Of a stretch of 57,553 nucleotides of DNA, positions 37,512-47,051 are shown piece after piece (within the stretch, counting starts at the first letter, position 1; every line of letters starts with the position of its first letter). Under the pieces are notes generated by a model, which had not been told where the DNA came from, made no database searches, and saw only the letters and a program-made list of their open reading frames with translations. The stretch comes from Oligoflexales bacterium (GTDB lineage: Bacteria > Bdellovibrionota_B > Oligoflexia > Oligoflexales > CAIYRB01). Where the stretch lies: contig JBGSUI010000161.1 in NCBI GenBank assembly GCA_041736175.1, positions 1 through 57,553 of the forward strand, in the 5' to 3' direction. A program made the position numbers and the translations under genes.

Positions 37512-38911
37512 CAGCGGGACTCCTGAGAAAATGAATCAAAGGATGGAAATCGTCGAGAGAAGTCGGCGAGACCCAAGCCCGTTTGGCTCGCCTCGTCGGG
37601 TGTGATGGCACCGCAGCGAAGGGCTCGGTTAAAGAAATTCAAGAGACCTTGGGCCGTGGCTAAGTCGTCAAAGTTGGCGCCAACTCTTGCCGCTTGGGTG
37701 AGGCCATCGACGAAATTTTTAAGCCGTGCGGTGGCACTCGGTAGGCCCGCAATAAAGTAGGTATACACCGCTGCGAGTCTTGCGGGGATCTGAGCTGGAT
37801 GGAGATCCCAGCCCTGGTAGATGCCCTGATCAAGAGCATGCCACACATTGCCAAAGCTGAGGCGCCAGGCGTGTTTGACCACCTCGGGTCCACCGATAGG
37901 CAAGTAGGTTTCGGCGCCGTCGACGACGGCAAGGGGGGTGTTGCTGAAGGCGAGTTTGAGCAGATTTCGGGCCAGATCACAGGCGGGATGGCGCAGGTTA
38001 GGATGCACTCCGCCGCAGTCTAGACTGGCAAGATAATCATGGGCACCAAAGTGGACCCCTAAGAGCATGGTTGCGGAGGGCTCTGGGGCTGCTGTTTCAA
38101 ACGGATCATGCAGGTCAGCAACCAAAGAAAAAAGCGGAATATTCCCCTCACGGTCGAGGATGGCGTCGTAGCTTTCGATCATGATCTCGCCGAGGAGTTG
38201 GCGATCTTCGAGTTTATAAGTCTCTTTCAAGTCTCTAAGGAGCTGCACAAAGGTGGCGACCTCGGTGGGGTGGGTGACCTTGGGAAGCGTCACGATAAAG
38301 GTCTTAGGAAACCGGCTGGGATCACGGCTAAGGGCGGTCTCTATAAAGATTTCTAGGGTCCGCATCGCCCGTCGGCTTGTTTCGGGCGTGGCAAAGGATT
38401 TGATGCGGATACCCATCAGAGCAGCGAGTTGGCCATCTTCGCTCCCTTGGATCAAGGACCGTGCACTCTCTAAAGCGAAGCGGTCTTCGTCCCCGTCGGA
38501 GCGAAGGCCGAGGCCATCTTCAAAATCAATACGGTAGTCCTCGATGGGGTTGGCTTGGAGTTTTTGTTTAATCCTTCCGTAGACCTTCAAGAGGGTTTCG
38601 TCGGTAAATTTGGTCTTGAGGTCAAACATCTGGCAAAAGGCGTCGAAGTCGGGGCAATGGTCTAAAAAACTCTGGGCAGCAAGCTTTCCGAGTTTGGTGA
38701 CGGTTTGAGCCTTGAAAAGATGGGCTCCCCCGTATACCGTATGGATAGGATGGGGGTGGTCCCAGGCGGGCTCGTTGGAATCCCGTGCGGCTCTGGATTT
38801 TTGGCGGCTTTCATGGAGTGTTTGGAGCTGGGCAAGCCTCTCACCAAGGGCTAGAGTCGGCGTAGCCGTGACGGTTGGTTGGAAACAAAAGGAGTTGTTT
38901 TCAGAGGACAA
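37511..38911 (-). CDS. HpcH/HpaI aldolase / citrate lyase-like protein (DUF6986 type)
   Basis: HTVYGGAHLF, IEDYRIDFEDGLG, TLPKVT, QGWDLHPAQ; stop overlaps the miaE start. Confidence 0.8.
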   Translation of the reverse strand: MSSENNSFCFQPTVTATPTLALGERLAQLQTLHESRQKSRAARDSNEPAWDHPHPIHTVYGGAHLFKAQTVTKLGKLAAQSFLDHCPDFDAFCQMFDLKTKFTDETLLKVYGRIKQKLQANPIEDYRIDFEDGLGLRSDGDEDRFALESARSLIQGSEDGQLAALMGIRIKSFATPETSRRAMRTLEIFIETALSRDPSRFPKTFIVTLPKVTHPTEVATFVQLLRDLKETYKLEDRQLLGEIMIESYDAILDREGNIPLFSLVADLHDPFETAAPEPSATMLLGVHFGAHDYLASLDCGGVHPNLRHPACDLARNLLKLAFSNTPLAVVDGAETYLPIGGPEVVKHAWRLSFGNVWHALDQGIYQGWDLHPAQIPARLAAVYTYFIAGLPSATARLKNFVDGLTQAARVGANFDDLATAQGLLNFFNRALRCGAITPDEASQTGLGLADFSRRFPSFDSFSQESR

Positions 38912-39019
38912 AGGACTTCAACCTCGGATTTAGTAATGGAAATATTGACAACTTTTGCTATTCTATGGGACGGTGTCCCTTAGCGGCACATGTGGGAATA
39001 TTAATCTATGGAGACCAGA

Positions 39020-39814
39020 ATGACCAGTTATCCTTTTGCTCGCGCCGCAGGTGTTTCGGCGCTCGTATCCTCAGTTGTGAGCACTTTTGTCGTAGGTGCT
39101 TCGTCCCTTACGGCGGCACCTGCCTTTAAAAATGACCAAGAAAAGACCAGTTACATGATTGGTTATCAAATTGGTTCTAACTTTAAACGCGATGGCCTCG
39201 AAGTGGATCTCAATATCCTTACAGCAGGCCTTAAGGAAGCTCTTGCCGGTGGCAAGTCACCTTTGACCCCTGAAGAGTCGCAAAAACTCATGACTGAGCT
39301 ACAAAAAAGCCTGCAAACCAAAGCTGAAGCAAAGCAAAAAGCTGATGGTGAGAAAAACGAAAAAGAGGGTAAAGATTTCCTTGCAGCAAACGCTAAAAAA
39401 GACGGGGTTAAGACCACCCCAAGCGGACTTCAGTACAAAGTCGTTGCCGAAGGCAAAGGAGATGCTCCTAAGCCAACCGATAGCGTAAAGGTTAACTACA
39501 AAGGCACTTTGATCAATGGAACCGAGTTTGACAGTTCCTACAAACGTGGCCAGCCAGCTCAGTTTCCTGTAAGTGGTGTGATCAAGGGATGGAGCGAAGC
39601 TCTGACGCTGATGAAGCCAGGTTCCAAATACCAACTCTGGATCCCCTCAGACCTAGCCTACGGACCTCGTGGCGCTGGTGACCTTATCGGACCAAACGCA
39701 ACTTTGGCCTTTGAAGTGGAACTCCTTGAAGTTGAAAAAGCTAAGGCCGAAGCAGCACCAGGCGCAGCCCCTGCACCCGCCGACAAAAAACCTGAAGCTG
39801 CTCCTAAGAAGTAA
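39020..39814 (+). CDS. FKBP-type PPIase (FkpA/Mip family)
   Basis: Signal peptide; SYMIG, TPSGLQY, FDSSYKRG, VIKGW, LAYG. Confidence 0.95.
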   Translation: MTSYPFARAAGVSALVSSVVSTFVVGASSLTAAPAFKNDQEKTSYMIGYQIGSNFKRDGLEVDLNILTAGLKEALAGGKSPLTPEESQKLMTELQKSLQTKAEAKQKADGEKNEKEGKDFLAANAKKDGVKTTPSGLQYKVVAEGKGDAPKPTDSVKVNYKGTLINGTEFDSSYKRGQPAQFPVSGVIKGWSEALTLMKPGSKYQLWIPSDLAYGPRGAGDLIGPNATLAFEVELLEVEKAKAEAAPGAAPAPADKKPEAAPKK

Positions 39815-39955
39815 TCAATGTTTAGGTAGCCTGCCAGAGACCTCCTATTACTTAGTTTAGGCGGAGGCCTCTGGAGCTTACTCGGATCGATGTCCCTGGC
39901 GAGCGGAATAAGCCGGCTACGGGACATCGGAGCCCTCGATCTAGGATCTCACAAC

Positions 39956-41161
39956 ATGTATATTGCGACCTGTCCAGAAGAGACCAAGTCTGTTCTCGAA
40001 GCAGAACTCAGAGAACTTGGTGCCACTGACATCACTCCCATCTACCGAGGTGTTACCTTTTCGGCAACGAAGCCTCTTTTTTACGAAGCACATCTCAAGC
40101 TGCGCACCGCCAGCCGACTGATGCAAGTGATTAAGGAGTTTCCAGCCCACACCCCCGAGATGCTTTACTCCCAGGTGCGGCGGATTCCCTGGAGCGATTT
40201 GTTTGATGTGCGCCATGGATATCTGATCGAAGGAATCCCTGGCGACCGGGGTCCAGCGTTTATGTCCGGAAATGACATAAGCAAAAGAGTCCGCGAGGGT
40301 CTACAAGATTCTTTCAGCAGAAAGTTGGGACAAGTCCCAACGGTAGACCTCAAAGATCCAAAGGTCGTCCTAGTGGCTTTTGTTGCAGGGGGGCGTTGCA
40401 CCTTAAGTTTTGATACGACAGGTAAGGCGCTCCATAAGCGAGGTTATCGCTCCCTGTCGGCCCATCCTGCGCCTATGAAAGAGACCCTAGCCGCTGCTGT
40501 GCTTAAGTTAGCTGGTTATGACGGGTCTCAGGTTTTTCTGGATCCCATGTGTGGGAGTGGGACCTTGGTGATTGAAGCGGCGATGATCGCACTCCATAAA
40601 TCCCCGCTGATTCATCGCAAAAAAGGTGAATTTTTGTTGGAGTGGCTTAAGGATTTTGACCGAGTCCTGTGGCGTGAATCCTCCGATAAGAGTCGCGAAG
40701 AGCGCGTGCTCCAGCTCCCGAGTCCCATCTATGCCGGTGACATTAAGAGTGAGTATGTGACCATGGCACGGGAACATGCCCTTAAGGCTCGGGTGGAGAA
40801 ATACCTTCAGTTTCAGACAGCCTCTTTTCAGAGCTGGGAAGCCCCCGCACCGACCGGGCTCCTTGTGACCAATCTGCCCTACGGCGAGCGTCTTAAACCC
40901 AAAAGAGGCTCTAAATCCGGGGACGAGGGTGGAGTTCACGAATACCAGGAGGATGAAATCGAGTTTTATAAGTCCCTAGGCGACACACTGAAACAGCGAT
41001 TTACGGGCTGGCGCGCCGCTCTTCTTGCGGCGGACAAGTCTGCTGCTAAGTTTATCGGCCTTAAGCCTACCCGTAAAATACCGCTGCTCAATGGAACAAT
41101 CCCCTGCAAGCTCTTGATTTTTGATCTCTATGCCGGAGGGCGCAAAAAAGCTCCCCTCTAA
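39956..41161 (+). CDS. THUMP-domain rRNA m2G methyltransferase (RlmL-like)
   Basis: LHKRGYR, APMKETLAAA, DPMCGSGT, TNLPYGERL. Alternative start 39890. Confidence 0.9.
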   Translation: MYIATCPEETKSVLEAELRELGATDITPIYRGVTFSATKPLFYEAHLKLRTASRLMQVIKEFPAHTPEMLYSQVRRIPWSDLFDVRHGYLIEGIPGDRGPAFMSGNDISKRVREGLQDSFSRKLGQVPTVDLKDPKVVLVAFVAGGRCTLSFDTTGKALHKRGYRSLSAHPAPMKETLAAAVLKLAGYDGSQVFLDPMCGSGTLVIEAAMIALHKSPLIHRKKGEFLLEWLKDFDRVLWRESSDKSREERVLQLPSPIYAGDIKSEYVTMAREHALKARVEKYLQFQTASFQSWEAPAPTGLLVTNLPYGERLKPKRGSKSGDEGGVHEYQEDEIEFYKSLGDTLKQRFTGWRAALLAADKSAAKFIGLKPTRKIPLLNGTIPCKLLIFDLYAGGRKKAPL

Positions 41162-41302
41162 ATTTAGGGAGTACTTTGCCATCCATTTGAAATGTTTAGC
41201 TTAATAAGCTTGTTTAGCCTTTTTAAAGGAGGTTCTTAACCCTGGAGGCTTCAAGGCACTCCGGCTTTGCTCCGATCCTAAGGCGGAAGGAGCTAGGCTG
41301 CC

Positions 41303-42499
41303 ATGAGCACCAAACAAATCGAAATTGATACCCAAATCAAGATCGGAACCTTATCGACAGACCGGGAATACCGGAGCGATCTAAAATTTAAGTGTTCGAA
41401 AGTTGGTCTAAAAAATATTGTAGAATTTGAATCTGGCCGTGATGTGTTGCGTTACCTTGAAACAGCGACCCTCAATGTCCTATTTGTATTTGCGGATGTT
41501 GGCGATATGCATTGGACCACTTTTTTGCGAACCCTCCGCAGCTCCAATCAGGTCCATTTTGTCCCAATGGTTTTTATCTTTCCTAAAATTCAGGTCGATG
41601 ATTCAAAGTATTCTAATTTGTTTGATTCCTATGGGGTCAAAGCAGTCATTCGAAGTCCCTTTGACTTAGAGACTCTCATGCAAAAGATTACAGAAATCGT
41701 CCATAACGAGCAAAATACCAGCTCCTACCAGCACCGCATGTCCGTAGCCCAACGGGAGTTTAAAAACGGGCTACACAAAGCAGCGTCGGAGATTTTTTTG
41801 TCTCTTGTGGAAGAAGACCAAAAAGATCTGACGGCGCGCAGTGGACTTGTCCACTCGTCCCTTGCTGATCCTAAGGGACAGGCTAATCAATTGATGTTTG
41901 CCCTCCAAGCGGATCCCGAAAACTATAATTTTCAGATGGAGCTACTGACCTACCTGATGCGGCACAATCGCATTGGCCAGTTTACCGAAGCCTTTGATGA
42001 CTTGATGGGGCAGCTTAAGGAGCAGGGCGAGTCTTTTTGGCTCCTTCAGCTGGGCAATATGTGCGTGAGCCTCAAGCTTATAGCATTGATGGGAAAGGTC
42101 GAAGCCGAGTTGGCTAGAAAACTGCCTTTTGAGGAGCGTTGGCGGTTAGATCTGTTTCGCGCCCAAGGTGCTTTGATTCGCAATGACGTGGATAAATCAA
42201 AAAGTCATCTTGATAAAATAAAGGGCGAAAAATCCAAAAAAAATCCCGAAGTCCTCAATCTCTATGCCCTTATCCATAAACGCAACGGTCAGTTTACCGC
42301 AGCCCGAGATATGATGCAGCTCGCTACCAAGGCCAGTCCCCAGGACTATCGGTTGCTCTACAATTTAGGTCTGATTCAGCTTGAGCTTGGACAAAAGGAA
42401 GAAGCTGTCAAGTCATTCAACGAATCACTCACACTTCGTCCCGACTACGAAAGAGCGAAACAACAGATCGCAAAGGTAAGTGGTGGGCAAAAACTATAA
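41303..42499 (+). CDS. Atypical receiver + TPR protein
   Basis: REC-like N-terminus without a clear phospho-Asp; C-terminal TPRs (LLYNLGLIQLELGQKEEA). Confidence 0.7.
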   Translation: MSTKQIEIDTQIKIGTLSTDREYRSDLKFKCSKVGLKNIVEFESGRDVLRYLETATLNVLFVFADVGDMHWTTFLRTLRSSNQVHFVPMVFIFPKIQVDDSKYSNLFDSYGVKAVIRSPFDLETLMQKITEIVHNEQNTSSYQHRMSVAQREFKNGLHKAASEIFLSLVEEDQKDLTARSGLVHSSLADPKGQANQLMFALQADPENYNFQMELLTYLMRHNRIGQFTEAFDDLMGQLKEQGESFWLLQLGNMCVSLKLIALMGKVEAELARKLPFEERWRLDLFRAQGALIRNDVDKSKSHLDKIKGEKSKKNPEVLNLYALIHKRNGQFTAARDMMQLATKASPQDYRLLYNLGLIQLELGQKEEAVKSFNESLTLRPDYERAKQQIAKVSGGQKL

Positions 42500-43691
42500 A
42501 AAATACTTTGGAGAGCTTGTGGGTTCGTCTGGTTCCACAGACGAGAAGCAGCGGTCTAAGGTGTCTGACAGCCTTTTCCAAGCTATTTTTGAGTCTTCGT
42601 TGGAGTTGATCGTTGTGGCAAAGCTTTCGGGCGAAATCATCGCGACCAATCGGGCGGTGTCAGAGATCACGGGTTGGACCCAAGACGAACTCCTGAATGC
42701 CCCTTTAGATCGCCTGATCTGCATCTCGGCTGACGATGAGGATGAGCTGATTAATTTGACCACAAGCTTTAATACCCATTCGATGCTATTTAGCGGATTG
42801 ATGCGCAATAGTTTACAAAAAATGCGGACAAAAAAGCGGGGATTGGTTCCCATAGAAGTGTCGGCCCCAATCCTGACGGGAGATCAGGGAGAGTCCCTGG
42901 GGATCGTCTGTTTTTGTCGAAATCTCCTAGATCTGGTCGAGGGTGAGCGAACCCTCGAAGAAGCTATGGAAGAACTTCACGAAGCGAAGGTTGAAAAAAT
43001 GGCTGCCCTGGGCCTTATGGCAGGCGGTGTCGCCCATGAGATCAATAACCCGCTGACGATCATTATTTTTGCCGCACTCCAGCTCCGCCGTATGTTGCAG
43101 GAAACCAAAGCTCATTTGCCTGTCTTTTTGCCGATTATCGATAAGGTAGAGAGTTCTGCAAAAAGGATTTCGCAGATCGTCGGAGATCTTAAAGCCTTTT
43201 ATAAAACCTCAGGAGAAGCACCTCCTCGATTTGAATCTCTAGGTGCTCTTGTCCAAAGTGCTGCTAAGATGGTCAAGGGTCTAGAGCTGTATAAAGAGGT
43301 CGATGTTCGTATCGATGTTCCCGTCAGTCTTGAGATCGAGTGCCAGGCGGTGAATATGCTACAAGGGCTCTTTCCGCTCCTTAAAAATGCTTTTGAGGCA
43401 GCAGTTAAACTTCAAGATAAGTGGATTGACGTCACCGTCAAACAAGACGAAAATGGTCTCCTTCTCTTGGTCACAGATAGCGGTTTAGGGATTTCTAAAG
43501 AAATCGCTGACAAAATGATGCTGCCGTTTTTTACAACGAAAGATGTGGGTCAGGGTACGGGCCTCGGGCTGTGCGTCGCTAAGGGGATGTTTGAAAGCCA
43601 AAAAGTTGGCTTATCCTATGACCCTACTAGCCCCCATACACGTTTTGTGGTGGATTTGACCAAGGTTCCCACAAAGGTGAGTGGGTCCTAG
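42480..43691 (+). CDS. PAS sensor histidine kinase
   Basis: PAS region; AHEINNPL, DSGLG, PFFTTK, GTGLGL. Confidence 0.9.
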   Translation: MVGKNYKKYFGELVGSSGSTDEKQRSKVSDSLFQAIFESSLELIVVAKLSGEIIATNRAVSEITGWTQDELLNAPLDRLICISADDEDELINLTTSFNTHSMLFSGLMRNSLQKMRTKKRGLVPIEVSAPILTGDQGESLGIVCFCRNLLDLVEGERTLEEAMEELHEAKVEKMAALGLMAGGVAHEINNPLTIIIFAALQLRRMLQETKAHLPVFLPIIDKVESSAKRISQIVGDLKAFYKTSGEAPPRFESLGALVQSAAKMVKGLELYKEVDVRIDVPVSLEIECQAVNMLQGLFPLLKNAFEAAVKLQDKWIDVTVKQDENGLLLLVTDSGLGISKEIADKMMLPFFTTKDVGQGTGLGLCVAKGMFESQKVGLSYDPTSPHTRFVVDLTKVPTKVSGS

Positions 43692-44548
43692 GGTGAGGTT
43701 GTAGGACGCTGCCTTAGGGCTTCGTATAGGATGACTGCCCCTGCTGCTGCGACGTTTAGTGAGTCACAGGTGCCGCGCATGGGTATCTTGACGATCTGGT
43801 CTGCAGCATCCAAGAGTGTAGGCTCAATCCCTTGGGCCTCGCTCCCGAGGAGGAGCACTAGAGGTGCGTCGAGAGCGGCCTGGTGCAGACTCACCGCCTG
43901 GGGGGTCAGCGCGGCGGCGACCAGTTGCAAGTGATGTTGTTTGCAAAACCGTGGGAGATCTGCGGGCGAGATGGCAGCACATTCCAGTGAAAAAGCCGCG
44001 CCAAGGGAGTTTCGCATGAGCTGGGGGTGATAGCGATCAAACCCTTGGGACGCAAGGTCTGTGACGATCAGCACTCCATCAACACCGGCACCATCGGCAC
44101 TGCGGAGGATAGCGCCTAAATTGCCCGGTTTTTCCAGTCCCTGGAGGGCTAACAAAAAGGGCTTGGGACTTTTTGCCAGGGGGAGGAGATCCTCAGGTTT
44201 AAGAGGATTTTTTTGTTTAAATACCACGAGCAGTCCATCCCGACCGTTACGCAGCGCCACCTTGCTAAATAGGTCTTTAGTGATGGTGATCGGCTTAAGC
44301 CCGGCTTCCTCCAAAAGTCTAAGGGCTAAACGAGCCTCGTCCGAGGGGCTCTCGTAGAGGGAGGGTACTCCATAGACTTCGATAGGTTTAAATCCGTGGG
44401 TGAGTGCTCGGCTGATTTCCCGGGCGCCTTCCAGGACAAAGGAGCCGGTGGACCGACGCTCAGCGCTGTCAGCCATAAGCTTTGCCAGAGCTTTGATACG
44501 AGGATTTTGGGGGCTGGAGAGTCCAAGGCGCGGTTTTTGGGGAGGCAT
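43688..44548 (-). CDS. TrmH/SpoU-family RNA methyltransferase
   Basis: SPQNPRIK, EKPGNLGAILRSA, GSEAQG, IPMRGTCDSLNVA. Confidence 0.93.
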   Translation of the reverse strand: MPPQKPRLGLSSPQNPRIKALAKLMADSAERRSTGSFVLEGAREISRALTHGFKPIEVYGVPSLYESPSDEARLALRLLEEAGLKPITITKDLFSKVALRNGRDGLLVVFKQKNPLKPEDLLPLAKSPKPFLLALQGLEKPGNLGAILRSADGAGVDGVLIVTDLASQGFDRYHPQLMRNSLGAAFSLECAAISPADLPRFCKQHHLQLVAAALTPQAVSLHQAALDAPLVLLLGSEAQGIEPTLLDAADQIVKIPMRGTCDSLNVAAAGAVILYEALRQRPTTSP

Positions 44549-44606
44549 GGAGCCCTTTCTTTTTTTTGGGGGGCCGGGTCTTGGTGTCAGCTGCTCGGAA
44601 TCGATA

Positions 44607-45833
44607 TTAATCGGTTTTTTGATTATTCAACAAAAAATCTATTATGTTAACATGGTAGATTCCATTTCTCTTTAGTGACATAGCATCGTCAAGGCTTAGC
44701 ACATATTTGGGGTAGTTATCATTTATAGATTCGAGGACAGAGAATTCACGTTCTATGGTGTCAGCACTGGCTAAAAGGTAGGCGACCTGATAGTAAATTC
44801 GTGTTCCAAACTTTTCTGCGATAAAGTCGACTTCTTTTTCACCCAGCTTTCCGATATAAACCGTGAAGCCTCTTTTTCGTAGTTCTAAATAGACAATATT
44901 TTCGAGTATTCCGCTGATGTCAGACTCTCGATACCGTATAAGGCCGTGCCGCAGTCCGATATCGCCCATATAATATTTTTCATAGAGCTCCAGGTTTCTC
45001 ATGCCTTTGATATCATGCCGAAGCACACGAAATACGAGTAGTCCCTTTTCGAGGTAATGGATATAATCCAAAACTTTATCGACACTGATTATCATCTTTT
45101 GATTCTTTAAGTAGTCAGCGATTCGCTTTGAGCTGGTAATATTTCCGCAATTTGCAAAAACAAACCGTACGATTCGATCTAGGTGGACAGGATCGCGAAC
45201 CTTATGACGTGTCAAAACGTCTTTGACAAGTACTGTGTTAAAAATAGCATTAAGATAAGGTTCTACCTGTTCATCGACTAGTTCAAGGTTATGGATCGCG
45301 GGGAATCCACCATACTTCATATAGAGTTTAAATTCTTGGCGGTGGCTATTACTATCTTTTTCTTTGCCCCTAAATTGGATAAATTCCTGAAAAGAAAGTG
45401 GGAAAATCTCAAACTCTAAGTAGCGACCTGAAAGGAGGCTTGCAAGTTCTGAAGAGAGTAAATGTGCGTTTGATCCAGTAATTGTGATATCACAGAGGTT
45501 ATTTGAATAGAGTGAGTTAATACAACGCTCCCATTCTTCGATCTCCTGGACTTCATCAATAAAAACGTATAAAGGTTTAGATTTTCCTTTGATAAATTTA
45601 AGAATCTCGTCATAAAGTTCTCGATAATTTGTTAGGTGGTCCCACTCCAATGATTCTTTATTTATCCATAAGATTTGTTCATCAGTGACTCCATTTGATC
45701 TAAGTGACTCAATCAGCTGGCGGATCATAAAGCTTTTGCCGACCCGCCGTAATCCTTTGAGGACTTTAATTAAGTTCTTGTTAAAAAATGGAGTGATTTT
45801 GGAGAGATAGTCTACTCGTTGGATAGATTTCAG
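44607..45833 (-). CDS. AAA_14/DUF4143 ATPase, probable CTG start
   Basis: Walker A GLRRVGKS lies upstream of the ORF-track ATG (45728); frame is open to CTG 45833. VFIDEVQ, TGSNA, GGFP, ENIVYLEL, EVDF. Confidence 0.85.
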   Translation of the reverse strand: MKSIQRVDYLSKITPFFNKNLIKVLKGLRRVGKSFMIRQLIESLRSNGVTDEQILWINKESLEWDHLTNYRELYDEILKFIKGKSKPLYVFIDEVQEIEEWERCINSLYSNNLCDITITGSNAHLLSSELASLLSGRYLEFEIFPLSFQEFIQFRGKEKDSNSHRQEFKLYMKYGGFPAIHNLELVDEQVEPYLNAIFNTVLVKDVLTRHKVRDPVHLDRIVRFVFANCGNITSSKRIADYLKNQKMIISVDKVLDYIHYLEKGLLVFRVLRHDIKGMRNLELYEKYYMGDIGLRHGLIRYRESDISGILENIVYLELRKRGFTVYIGKLGEKEVDFIAEKFGTRIYYQVAYLLASADTIEREFSVLESINDNYPKYVLSLDDAMSLKRNGIYHVNIIDFLLNNQKTD

Positions 45834-45850
45834 GAATTTGCCTTTTTTCT

Positions 45851-45915
45851 AAAAGATTCGTCTATACTCGAATCTTTTATAACATAAGTGAATAATTTCG
45901 TCTATACTCGAATCT
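45851..45915. repeat. Perfect 19 bp direct repeat plus palindrome upstream of the AAA gene
   Basis: TTCGTCTATACTCGAATCT at 45857 and 45897; AAAAGATTCG-N8-CGAATCTTTT at 45851-45878. Confidence 0.9.
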
Positions 45916-45979
45916 ATTGGAGGCCTTTTCAGTTCCGATGGGAAAGGGCTCGTCTAGGAGTTACCAAAGGATGGTGCAG

Positions 45980-46909
45980 CTAAGTGCTCGTTTTGGTAAA
46001 GAAACACGAGGCACCACTCGGCAGAGCGCGCCCTTGAGCCAGTTGCTCCTGGTCCAGTTGTTCTGGTTGTTCCATCACAGTCATCTCTTCGGCAGCGATG
46101 CTTCCGCCGGAAAGGGGCCAAAGGTCGCCGACTAAATTAGTCAAAGACAGGGGTGTGTATCCCGCAGAATGGGAGCTGAGGAGGATAAACTTAAAATCCT
46201 CAGCCAGGATCTCCTTAAGATTTTTAAGCAGCTCTGAGAGCATGTCTTCGATTTTCCAAGTCTCGCCTTTAGGGCCTCGGCCATAACTTGGGGGATCGAG
46301 GATGATGCCGTGGTATTTGGTTCCCCGACGCAGCTCGCGGGCGATAAATTTGCTTACATCATCGACGATCCAGCGGATAGGAGCCTGGCTAAGTCCCGAG
46401 GCTTCGGCGTTGTCCCGAGCCCAGGTGACGCTGGTTTTTGAGGCGTCTAGGTGGGTGACATGGGCTCCCGCGAGGGCACAGGCGAGACTGGAGCCACCCG
46501 TGTAGGCAAAGAGGTTGAGGACCTGTAAGGGGCGGTCAGGCGCTTCGAGTTTAGCTTGGGAGATGATGTGGTGAAGGCGTTGCCAGTTTTGGTGCTGCTC
46601 GGGAAAGATGCCCAGGTGACCAAAGTCCGTCAGCTTGATCACCATCTGGCCTACATGGGGAATCGGTATGGTCCAAGATTCGGGGAGTTTTCGTGAGCGG
46701 ATCTCCCACCGGCCATCGCCGCCCGAAAACCTGGTAAAGATAGCATCTGCTTGGTCCCAGAGGCTCTCATCGAGCCGAGGGCTCCAAACGGCCTGGGCGG
46801 CAGGACGGACGATGCGCCACGGACCTACCCTTTCGAGTTTTTGGAAACGCCCAGAATCTAGCAATGTATACAAGTTGTTACCTCGATTAAAAGACCCCTC
46901 ACATGCCAT
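45980..46909 (-). CDS. Class I SAM methyltransferase (RlmI/RlmK-like)
   Basis: LLDSG...KLER, GIFPEQ, LNLFAYTGG, ILDPPSYG. Confidence 0.88.
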   Translation of the reverse strand: MACEGSFNRGNNLYTLLDSGRFQKLERVGPWRIVRPAAQAVWSPRLDESLWDQADAIFTRFSGGDGRWEIRSRKLPESWTIPIPHVGQMVIKLTDFGHLGIFPEQHQNWQRLHHIISQAKLEAPDRPLQVLNLFAYTGGSSLACALAGAHVTHLDASKTSVTWARDNAEASGLSQAPIRWIVDDVSKFIARELRRGTKYHGIILDPPSYGRGPKGETWKIEDMLSELLKNLKEILAEDFKFILLSSHSAGYTPLSLTNLVGDLWPLSGGSIAAEEMTVMEQPEQLDQEQLAQGRALPSGASCFFTKTST

Positions 46910-46911
46910 TT

Positions 46912-46975
46912 CTTGGCATGCCGTACCTGTGCCTGTAGCTTGTCCAAGGGTCTAATGTCAATGGAGAAAGAGACC
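46912..46975. repeat. Left copy of a 64 bp direct repeat (partner 53014-53077)
   Basis: 52/64 identical, ungapped; 36 of the first 39 nt match. Confidence 0.9.
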
Positions 46976-47051
46976 AACTTTTACACCTTGCGTCCCAGCT
47001 CCGGCACCTTGCGCTACTCAGAGTGCTTGATTAGCACAAAGGGATAAAGGA

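Noticed and set aside
44548..45990. Decayed direct or inverted repeat flanking the second AAA gene
   Set aside because: Only short gapped matches (for example GAGCCCTTTC/GAAAGGGCTC) that an RBS and a local hairpin explain.
36912..46909. miaE plus three RNA methyltransferases as a dedicated system
   Set aside because: Different strands, interspersed with unrelated genes; ordinary housekeeping families.
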